64,000 bases of DNA from Dimorphilus gyrociliatus (Eukaryota > Animalia > Annelida). Every line of letters starts with the position of its first letter. Positions within the stretch are counted from its first letter, which is position 1. Below the pieces are notes generated by a model. It saw nothing but the letters and a program-made list of their open reading frames with translations, had not been told where the DNA came from and ran no database searches. A program made the translations under genes and the position numbers. The stretch covers positions 248,001 to 312,000 of the forward strand of contig CAJFCJ010000027.1 in assembly GCA_904063045.1 (NCBI GenBank). The letters run 5' to 3'. Positions 53,641 to 64,000 of the stretch are shown in pieces.

Positions 53641-54636
53641 TTGAAAAGCGATTATAAATCAGAAAAATTATTGATGTATTTCATACGAAATAATAACAAT
53701 TCAATCAAAGTTTCATAAAGCACAGATATGTAATTATTAGAAAGATCAATTAAAATTACTTTTTATAGATTCAGTAATGACCACTACGTAGCTTTTTTTT
53801 CTCTTTTTTGTATATATTTTTGTCTTTTTCAAGGTTTCTCAACCTTTCTACGTACTCTAAAGGTTAAATTGCGTACAAACTGGTTCGCAACTCCTTTAAA
53901 GATAAAGTATCAGGTTTAATTGAAACGAAAAAATATTCTTAGTTTTACTTGTTCCCTTCAACCATCTATGTTCCTTTTGTAAAATAATAATAGAAAGGTT
54001 GTCTTTAAGCGATAACCACTATTTGAGAATAGTTATTTTTAGAATTAACTTATGAATGAGAGAATGAAAAATTGGAAATATGAATATATATATTTTTTTG
54101 CAGTATACTGCAATAGAGAATTCTGTTCAACAGTTATTTTAAACATTCCTCTCATTTTTTCTCCCTATAAACAATATCTTCTTAGAGCTTATCTATAAAT
54201 ATTTGTATCTTTATATGTTTAATCAATTAATAATAATAACATTTCTCCAACAAAAAAACCTCTTTAACATCATTTGCGCCTATTTTTTATATCTTGTATA
54301 TATTTTTCTCTTTCCATCGCCTTATCTCTCTATTTTTGCGTTCATATACCGCAAATATTCTAATCTATTCTTTAAGCCTATATCACTAGAATAAATAGAC
54401 CTAACTTGCATCTCTAGAATTGTTTCTTTTCCCTTATTTTTTTAGCAGATTCAGCTAAATAAAAATTATTAAATAGAGATAAAAATTTCGTAATTGATAC
54501 GGTTACAATCATTATATGTGCAGATAGTGTACATGTACCCATATACAGTAGAGTTACCTGTAACAATATCATGTATTACACATCACTAATATACTAATTT
54601 GGAATAAAGGAAATGTTAATTAGACAATAAAAAATA

Positions 54637-54647
54637 ACAGATGGCGC
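54637..54647 (+). promoter_or_regulatory. CTCF-like motif upstream of SDR gene
   Basis: ACAGATGGCGC, ~375 bp before the ATG at 55022. Confidence 0.4.
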
Positions 54648-55021
54648 ATTGAATCGTTATAATAGTTTTAAAATAGTCAAAGAGTTGTTGTATTTTCTCC
54701 TTTTACATAGAAAATAATGTATTACATCACATATTTTTACCGATAGAACATTAATTGAGTTAACAAAGAAAGATATCACCACTAGCTCATTGTAATGATT
54801 TCACCTTTATGCAGGAAGCTAAATCATTATCTGATAGAGCGAGGAGAGTTTTGAACATATGAATTGCTATTAGCATCTGTTGCGTTGTTCATAAAGAGTT
54901 TTACCGACAAATTAAACATATCATTCGTCAACTGTTCCGCGTTACAACAACAAGTTCAGTTTCTGAATTTTGTTTCTTCATTCCTAAAAGAGAGAAATAT
55001 AATTTTTTTGCATTAACAAAA

Positions 55022-56561
55022 ATGGAAAGGTGGGCCGGAAAAGTTGCCGTTATTACTGGAGCTTCGTGTGGAATGGGAAAACTCCTTTGCGAAGAGCTCG
55101 TTAAAGCAGGAATGATTGTTATCGGGCTAGGGAGAGATACGAAAACCATTCAAGTAATGCACAGAAAGAAAGAAAAAGAAATTTTGACTAGATAATTTAT
55201 TTTCTCTATTCTTTCTATTTATAGAAACATGCAGATGAGTTGAAAAAGGAAAAGGGTAAACTCATTCCAAAGGCAGTTGACTTTTGTCCCTTGAAAAATG
55301 ATGGAAGTAAGGAATCTACTTTTCTTTTTGTTCTTTATTTATTAAAGAGTGTAAATTCTAGTAAAAAAACAAACAACAACTGATATTTATGCTTTGTTTG
55401 TTGCATCTTCTTTTAAGGTCTTTATCCCGACGCAAAAAAATATAACCATCAAGATATTAAGGAGGTATTCGAGTTTATTGATAAAACATACGGAGCTGTT
55501 CATATTCTATGCAATATGGCTAGCCAAGGAACTTCGCCTTGTCTATTGGAAGATGAAATTGGAATGTGGAAATATACAGTTGAGGTAGATGTCGTCTTTT
55601 ATTTTAATGATATTAAATAATAACGTTCTAATAGAATTGTACACCTTTATAGATAAATATCATTGGTCCTGCCGTTTTGTGTAAATACGCCATAGCTAAT
55701 ATGAGAAAGCATAATGTCAAAGGACACATTATCAACGTCGGAGGGTAAAATGATATTTTTTCATTAAAAAGTAACTAATATCTTTAATTACGTTTAATCA
55801 AAAAGAACGGCCAGCTATTATACATCCATCTTTATGGACTGTCACTTTTATTCCGTTACGAAATTTATTTTAAGAGCTATGGGAGATGGACTTCGTATGG
55901 AATTCAGAGCTAACAACATACCAATTAGAGTATCTGTAAGTTTTTGAGACTTATATTTATTCCCTATGTATAATTGCTAATATTCTATTTTTAATATATA
56001 GCATATTGGACCTGGTCATGTTTTGACTGGAGCTCAGGATAGAGGAGAATCGAAGACTTCTGAAGTCTACGAAGGATTTTTGGTACAGTTTCTATTTAGT
56101 TATTGACATTCATTTACAATAATCTGTATCGTTATATTATGTAGACTGTTTATTTATTCTTTATATATTTATCTCTAAACATTTTCCAATAGGAATTTGC
56201 CAAAATCTATGGAATGAAAAGATCTACCTTCCCCAGAAGATTACCAATTGATGCTACAGGTGATAAAGTCTACACTAGCGGCCTCTTACCCGTAAGTGTT
56301 TTTCTTATTATATTGACATTCAACCTAATTAAAAATGTTATTATAATGTATTTTTTGATTATTCAAAACTTTCTCTCTAGGCTTTGCAAGCTCAAAATGT
56401 TATCGATCAAATTTTGGGTATGATTGCTGCCGACGATGGCGCTGAGGTACGTCAAATTATCTTTAATATATCTTTCTAAGAATGCTTACTCAATTAATGA
56501 TCGTATATAAAAATGTCTATTTTAGGTAATGGACGTAATAATGAAGCCAACTGACAGGTAA
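55022..56561 (+). CDS. DHRS11: Short-chain dehydrogenase/reductase, DHRS11-like, 294 aa, 9 exons
   Basis: Exons 55022-55153, 55225-55306, 55418-55584, 55653-55744, 55806-55935, 56002-56082, 56193-56291, 56381-56446, 56526-56561 (885 nt). N-terminus MERWAGKVAVITGASCGMG, catalytic YSVTK, then IGPGHV and a C-terminal DVIMKPT. Confidence 0.9.
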
Positions 56562-57427
56562 ATCTTTTTAAATATCAGATTGTAGGGTATAAAGAAAAAG
56601 AGAGAGAGAGAGAGCAGAGAGAGTAGATATTTTTACTCAATATTCTTAAATTAATGAAATGTTAATTGTATTTGAAAACAGAAAACACACTGTTCTTGAA
56701 ACTGACTTGTACTGGAGACCGTGAAAAAACTAAGAGAAAGACTATAAATCGAGAATTGAGTGGTTGTGGTCTTTAACACTCCTCTAAATGCTTTTCTCTT
56801 ATATTATTTCAACTTTCTAATATCCAGTTGAATAAATAAATGAGAAATTATGCAATTGACTTACATTACTTGCTATTGTTAAATTAATTCGATTAAATTA
56901 ATAGGATGAAAGCAAATTCGGTACAAAAGACGAGTTGATTAATATCTGGGAATTGACCTCCAAAGTGTACTAAGCCTTACACTTGATCGATAGTTAAAGA
57001 ATAGAATTAAATAAACCAATAAAATCGAAGTCGCCTACTTTGATACTATTACGCAATTGTAGAAACGATTCAAGGAGAATTTAATTTATTATCGCTCGTA
57101 TTCATTTTTCCTTATTATTATTTTATCTGTTTAGAATTTAGCATTTCTTCTTTTACTATAATAAATCTATTTATCTTTATCTTAATTCCATTGGAAAATT
57201 CTCTCTAACATTCCTTTGTTGTCTCCGCTTCAATCTTCTTTCTCTCTTTCTCTCCCTATATCACTCTGCCCTTCTTTTCCCTCTTAAAGTATAGTACGTA
57301 GTGTATATAGCATAATGGTAATAATAATAATAATTATAATAAACACATCTTTCCATAAAGTTAAGCGTTTCTGTATGTATAAATAATGGAATGTACACAG
57401 TTTACAGTATTTAAATTTCTATTCATT

Positions 57428-59831
57428 TTACAGAATCACTTCAAAATTCAAATAACTCGTCTTTGAGTTTAAGAACGATGTTCTGAAATGTTCTACAGCT
57501 TCAATATGCGTTTTTTCCCTTAGATTAACCCCATCAACCGAAACGATTTCCATATTTTCCTATTTTCAGAAATAGAAACGTAATAAATATCATTTTTCTT
57601 CTATTCTAATAGGAATTTTAATAATTTACTCTTACTTTCAATTCTCCTGATGCCTCCGCTGAACCACCTTCGTATATACGCTGTATTCTTACTTCCGGCT
57701 GTATTTTACTATCTTTTCCTCCAGAAATACTTATGCCTAGAAGGAAAAAAGCCAAATCTATACATTTATATTTATATATAAAAGTTTATAAATATACAGT
57801 ATACTGTATATATATAGTATATATATATATATATATATAGTATATACTGTATATGGTATATTTAGTATACGTAATTCAACTATTAACAAAGTTACTAAAT
57901 CTTGTTAGGAACGCACCTAAAGTTGGCTTAATTTTCCAGATTTGTATTATCCTGGAATTGGTGGAAAATTTTTTAGGGCAGTGTACTTCGACTATTTCAT
58001 TTTCTAGTGTTATTTCGGAATTTGCAGACATATTTGATAATCTTTGCTTTGTTATAGTATTCTTTTCATCCATTGATATTTTTTCAAAATGCTCTTCTAA
58101 ATCCCTCTCTATAGAATTATTTTCAGTTTTAAATGTATCATTCAAGAATTTAGGTCTCCTTTTCCCCCTTATCGCCCTAAGGGATGTTACTGGTTCATTT
58201 TCATCTAGACCTTCGAAAATTTCATTTGGAAAATTATTTTCGTCGCATTTCTTGCCATTTTCAATTGGAATATGATTTTCTATAGTTGCAACAGTAGTTA
58301 TTCTATTGGAATCTTGAATATCTTCATAGATGGCGTTAACCGATTGGTCTTCTATAAATATATCTTCTGTATCATCATCAGACTGTGAAACTAATGCATC
58401 TAATAATTCGTTGTATGTAGGGTGAAAGTCATCCGCTGTCAGAGTTTCTGTAAGGTCGACGCTGGGCGTTGGGGATCTCTCGTCGAGAATAGCAGTCTGG
58501 CTAGTGTCTTGTACGTTGTGAGCTCTGTAATACTTTGAATGACTTTTCATTCTATCAATTTCTACGGCGTGTTTTGCTGAGGAAGTGTCAGGATGAGATA
58601 TGATTTCAGAGTCGTTTAAAACGCTTAATCGCCTTTCCCTTAATTTAGGTATTTCAAGTGGAGAGGTTGCTGAGCCTTTTCCGTGTGACGATGCAACATC
58701 TAAAAGATCATTTATAGGAGATGTTCCCCTATCTAGAAACGAAAAGAAAGAAACAAAATAGATAATAGCTTTATCAAGAGATTCTGGAAGAGAGAGAGAG
58801 AATGAATGTCAATTAAACAATTTATTATTTACCTTCATAAGTTAAGTTGTTATTAACGAACTTTGATGAATTTCTATCCTGTTCTATAAAGAATAAATAG
58901 CAAAAAAATATTATTTTATTATTGAATTTCAACGGGGGAAAACGGACTTTTTTTTAATTTAAGAGAATTGAGTAATTTCTTTTTTAAAGATTTCTTTCTA
59001 ACAGGTAACCTGTTTGTTGAAGCTGAATAAAGAAAGAAAACAATATATTTATCTTGTACATAAAGAAATAGATTTCAAGCAAAGCCTATAAACGTTTAGC
59101 CAAAATAATCTATATTCTATATTTATTTAATAATAACGGACCGTCTAACGCTGCTTGATGACTTGGAAGGATATTAGATGACCTTGTATCCAGCCCATCA
59201 GAACATACAGACGAAACTGAATCTACATAATCGCTATCATAATCTCTTTTAGATAGATAGAGTCCGGAATCGGTCGACTGTTTAAATGCTTGCTCATCTT
59301 CGCCTATTTATTCAGTATCAATTATCAATTAATATAGACGTGGATTAAAGGATATACTATATTTAGTATTAGATATGTAAGAATTATACTTTTAGGTGTA
59401 AATAAGCTAAAGTCTTCGTCGCTTGTCCCGGATTCGTCCCTGGGTTTGATTAACGGCGTAAAAGACTTTAATGATGCCAGTTTTTGTGATGATGATGCTG
59501 AACGAATTTTATCACTTCTCTCATTGTTCGGCGTTTGTACAGGGATAGATTTAATGAATGAACCTTTAAAGAGAACATAACGTATAAGAATTTTTACATA
59601 GATTTATCTTTTGTTGTATATAAAACTTTAATTTACAAAATATCCGAAAGGGGAAAAGCATTTTTTTTACTTTATACTTTATATTATAAACGCAGCTGTT
59701 GATGGTTTATTAAAAGTATTATCAACTTTATGCCTAGTCAATAGAAAGAAGAGAACATTTTTTTTTAATTTTAATCAATTAAAGAATGAGAACGAGAATA
59801 AAAATGATGATGACGATGATGATATGATGAT

Positions 59832-59883
<52 letters not shown>

Positions 59884-62707
59884 GGGAGATAGAGGCGAAT
59901 GACAAAGAGGGAGAAATGAGACAATAGAGAAAGATGCGAATAAATATAAAATGTAGAGTAAAATCATTATTTCTTGAACTATTAAATGAGATAAAATTAA
60001 AAGAAAAGATTATTGTAAATATCTTACGGGATGCTGCCAAAAGCCCATTTTCGTCCAACCATTTATATTCGGTATTTACTTCCTTATAAATAGGAAATCG
60101 ACAGGCTGACTAAACAGTGTGAAAAAAGAGAGAAAAAGAAATCTATAAATATGTCAATTTACTCTTTTTTTATCTTTTGCTATATAAACTTACTCTAACT
60201 CTAATAACCAATTGACTTTGATCTCTCAACAGTAAAACGGCATCCCTGTGAGATAAATTATCCGTATTAATACCATTCACCTCCAATATTTGATCGCCTA
60301 ATCTTAGTCCTTGTAATTCGGCTATTCCTCCCGGATCGATTCTAACAGCAATCAGAAAGAGATAGATTAGGAAACTATAAGTTTTTACAAAGGAAATATT
60401 AAGCTTACTTGGAAACAAATATGCCAATTCCATATTCGCTTCCACCCCTAATATTAAAGCCTAGATTGTCTTCACTCGTTGGATGGTGTTTTGGATTATG
60501 CAAATGAACCCGTTTTTCAACTTTACTTAAGACTTTTGAAAGATTTTCTCTATCTTCTCCCGCATCGGCGATTATTTTATTAGATATGGTATCAAACCTT
60601 AAAAAAATTCAATCACGTTTTTCAAACACTTCCAAGAATTAGTTAAATAAGAGTTGAAATATAAAAAAGAAACCATACCAAACAATTTTTACTTTACGCT
60701 TTCTAAACGCCGGAACTCTACCAGTTCTACTAACTACCATACGCAACAAATTGTGATTTGTTAGAACGTTAATTGCCGAACTTATGGTAATCGATTTAAA
60801 GTTAATACCATTAACCTCTAATATATGATCGCCAACTTTTAGTCTCGCTCGTTCTGTACGGATTTTTGTTTTCATTATTTTTTACAATTAAAATTATTTT
60901 TTTATAAAGTAAACTAAGTATTATATATAAATTTATATATAAAAATTATATATATATATACAGTATATACAGTATATATTAATATATGTATGTATAAAAG
61001 ATTTTTTTAACCAGCTGCTGAATCCTTTTCCACTTCACTTACGTAAATTCCCAGATGTTTTTCAACACCACCGCGTATACTTATGCCTAATATATCATTA
61101 TCAGGTGTTAATTGTATATTAAACGACCTGATATCGTTATCACTAACAAGATCAGCGGGACCTGGAAAAGAATAAATTATTTAATAAATAGTAATATTAA
61201 TAATAATATTGTAAATTTATCCCAGAGGGAAAAGACTTAATCAATATCATAAAGATATATATATATACTATATATATATATATATATATGAGTATGTATT
61301 TTCACATTTTTCAATCATAATTGTGTAATTTAATATATACACTACTATTAGATTTTACGAAAAATATGTGACTTTAAAGGCAAAAGGTTGAAAATTAATC
61401 TTAAGTGGGAGTGAAGCAATAACCTCTAAATGATTTAAGTTTACATAAAAGGCTATAATCTTCTACAGAGAATGCAAAAAAATTGAAAAGACACGTAGTA
61501 CTAATACACTGAAAATGCCCGTTAAAATGAACAAAGGGTATTGGTTATTTTTTTTAGGATTGGAATAGAAAAGAGAACAGAAAAGAGGTGTAAACTTGCT
61601 GTTAAGAAAGGTAAAATAGAGGAAAAGAAAGAGAGATATTTAGATAAATATAGATATAAAGAGGAAGAGAGAAAGAGAGAAAGAGGAGAAAACAGACCGA
61701 TTAGTAATATTTCGATCATAAACCAAGTCGAAAGATATCTATCCTTTTTTTTTATTTAAAGGTTATTTACCCAAGTATATATAAATAAATATAAATACTT
61801 TATATATATTAAATAATAAAATGTACAGATTCTGATTTATGACCTCTTTATTCTAATCCATAGATATACAATAAAAAAATATATTTATGCTGTATACAAT
61901 ACAGTATACTGTATACTTTTACTTTTTGCAGTTTTCTCAGTACAGTATTTTATTATGCTGGATACAGTTTTATTTTGTGAAAATTGTTTATATTAGTCAT
62001 TGGAATGGTGTTATGGGGCTATTTTTAATTATAAAACTGTTCTGATTGATATATACAGTATATATATATATATATATATATATATTAGTATATACCAATA
62101 TACACAGTATAGACATACTGATAAATACCAAAATATATAAAATATAATAAGTGAAATTCTGATGTTCACATGTGGCTTTATAATTAACTGTCACTTATGT
62201 TATATTATACTGATTCTATAAATTATTATTATTATTACTTTATATTAAGTGTTACTGACCATTAGTTACAATTTGTCGTAAACTATTAAGCCTATTCTCA
62301 TTCCTTATTGGCAAGGTGTCGTAAAGTTTATCAGCTTTATTATTCCTTCTTCTCTTACTGAATGATCCTGGTAAACTTCTAGGTACAATTGTTTCATTTG
62401 TAATGGGGCTTCCTTCGATCGAATTCATCATTCTTTCATAAGGAACTAAGGCATCGAATTCTTCTATTTTCCTCAAGGGAATAAAATTTCTTATATCCTT
62501 GAATAAGTCCATTTTAGCCGGTGTATCCAGTAAATCGCATAATTCTTTAACGTATCTATTTATATTATTCATTGAATGATGCCTTTTACTTATCCGTAAC
62601 AGTTTCGAACGTTCGTGATCATTAAGTAAGAATTTTGCTCGATTCTGGAAAATTGCCAATTGTTGTTGTTTGATTAAATGTTTATCCCTTGTATTAAGAG
62701 TATCCAT
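57428..62707 (-). CDS. WHRN: Whirlin (harmonin-N-like domain + 3 PDZ), ~900 aa, 13 exons
   Basis: Exons 62707-62260 (HHD: [19 protein letters not shown]), 61161-61012 and 60853-60679 (PDZ1 LGISIRGG), 60597-60409 and 60341-60194 (PDZ2 [18 protein letters not shown]), 60109-60028, 59563-59390, 59303-59142, 59022-58948, 58883-58833, 58732-57917, 57736-57636, 57559-57428 (PDZ3 LGISISGGK, ends EVIL). Total 2703 nt in frame. The two central linker exon boundaries are less certain. Confidence 0.88.
57792..57811. repeat. Perfect 20-bp palindrome of TACAGTA/TACTGTA units within a (TA)n tract
   Basis: ATATACAGTATACTGTATAT equals its reverse complement. It lies in a whirlin intron. Confidence 0.9.
59804..59883. 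repeat. (GAT)n trinucleotide microsatellite in whirlin intron
   Basis: Direct read of the tract. It explains the poly-I and poly-S artefact ORFs 59771..60058 and 59779..59967. Confidence 0.95.
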
Positions 62708-64000
62708 TATACAGAATAAGAGGGGAATTATTATCCGAACAATATAAAATAGTTAGAAATCCTTTCCGTATTTAAGTCAACTACTATATGCTGTAATTCG
62801 CTGAATTTGGCAATCCTTTAGCTCCATACTCAACGATAAACGACAACATTTCTAACTTGGCGCGTGCACAGCAACAACTGCTCATGTTCAATAAATCGAT
62901 TTCAATTCGCATTTTGAATAAGGTATGCAATTATTGATTGTTAAATTCGTCTAATCTGGCAGAAAGATGTAATTGTTCAAACTGAAAAGAAAACATTTTG
63001 ATTAAGTTATTTTAAAAACCTTTCTACTGTAATTGAATTATTACTACTTTTATTGCTATTATTCTATATACTTGTTGAACTTGAATGATAGACCTATCAT
63101 GCAAATCCCATAATCTTCGAATGAGTTCTGATCTATAGGCTAAAAAAAAGAAATATTTTGTTAAAATACTAGTAAACAATGTAGAAAGAGATAATTATAA
63201 TAATCTAAAAAATGGAAATATGATATAAAGAGATTATATTTATTCGTAAAATGAACTGTACTTGTTAAGAAAGATATAAATAGTAAGAAAAAGAAACAAA
63301 CAAACAGAGAGATATGATCTTTAACTGTTAGACTTGTAGTACGTAGAGCAACAATATCTATTAGCCAAACTCTAAAGTGTTTCTGAACGTTGTATAATGT
63401 TCATACGCCTATTGGAAATCTAGAAATATGACAGCGAAGGAATGAACGGACGGACAAATGTGTAAAAATTAATAAAAGACAAAAACAACTGATAGAAATT
63501 TATACCAGATTGATTTCTATTGGTCTTTAGGACTAAACGGTGTCATTCAAAACATAACGTAGCCTATGGAGTTTATAGGTGCCAATATCAATTACTAACT
63601 AATATTGAATTGTATTAGATTCAAATTGTTGTTTATTATAAAGAGTACAATTGACATAAATTTTGTCTATTTAAGCACTTTAGTTATGAATAAATCATTG
63701 TTATTATTCAAAAACGAAAGTATACGTATTGAAAAAAAAAACGAGCCATTTACAACGAATTGCAGTTTTATTTTCGTACATTGGCGAATTATTCAGAAGT
63801 GGTATAGAGACAAAGAGAGCTAGGTAAAGGAAGTAAAAAAGTATTATCGTTCACCTTTCATATCAACTGAATAGTCGTGACCAAGAAGAACCATATAGAC
63901 TCTGTCTAACTTTCGTAAGTATTTACAATTAAATATAGTATATGTTTATATTAGAATATTTTTGCCATCATTTCATGATAATTTTACATATCCGTTCTTA

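Noticed and set aside
57853-58275. 140-aa plus-strand ORF
   Set aside because: It is the antisense shadow of the large whirlin exon. The same applies to 43951..44166 (Oamb) and 54928..55149 (SDR).
1-64000. CRISPR arrays, rRNA/tRNA/snRNA genes, transposase or reverse-transcriptase ORFs
   Set aside because: No regularly spaced direct repeats, tRNA T-loop/cloverleaf, or DDE/RT motifs were seen by eye. Degenerate elements cannot be excluded without Infernal or RepeatMasker.

Overview
This is AT-rich eukaryotic (animal) genomic DNA with short GT-AG introns (many 55-110 nt) and dense microsatellites. It is not prokaryotic: I found no CRISPR array, rRNA, tRNA or recognisable transposase. The compact gene structure suggests a small-genome invertebrate, possibly annelid-like (inference, unverified). 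Manual exon stitching supports eight protein-coding genes: (1) a small secreted 8-Cys peptide (-, ~0.37-2.0 kb); (2) an orphan type I membrane protein (-, 5.9-6.6 kb); (3) an intronless 503-aa ORF that I read as a membrane-anchored, divergent Mab-21/cGAS-like nucleotidyltransferase-fold protein (-, 6.9-8.4 kb); (4) a secreted multi-Ig protein (+, 17.6-19.8 kb); (5) a type II TM-LDLa-C-type lectin receptor (+, 28.9/31.8-37.3 kb); (6) an OAMB-type alpha-adrenergic-like octopamine receptor (-, 42.8-44.3 kb); (7) a DHRS11-like SDR (+, 55.0-56.6 kb); (8) whirlin (-, 57.4-62.7 kb). CTCF-like motifs recur, often as close pairs, between gene blocks. Most short ORFs in the supplied track are microsatellite or antisense artefacts. 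All homology calls come from motif recognition by eye; no searches were run.
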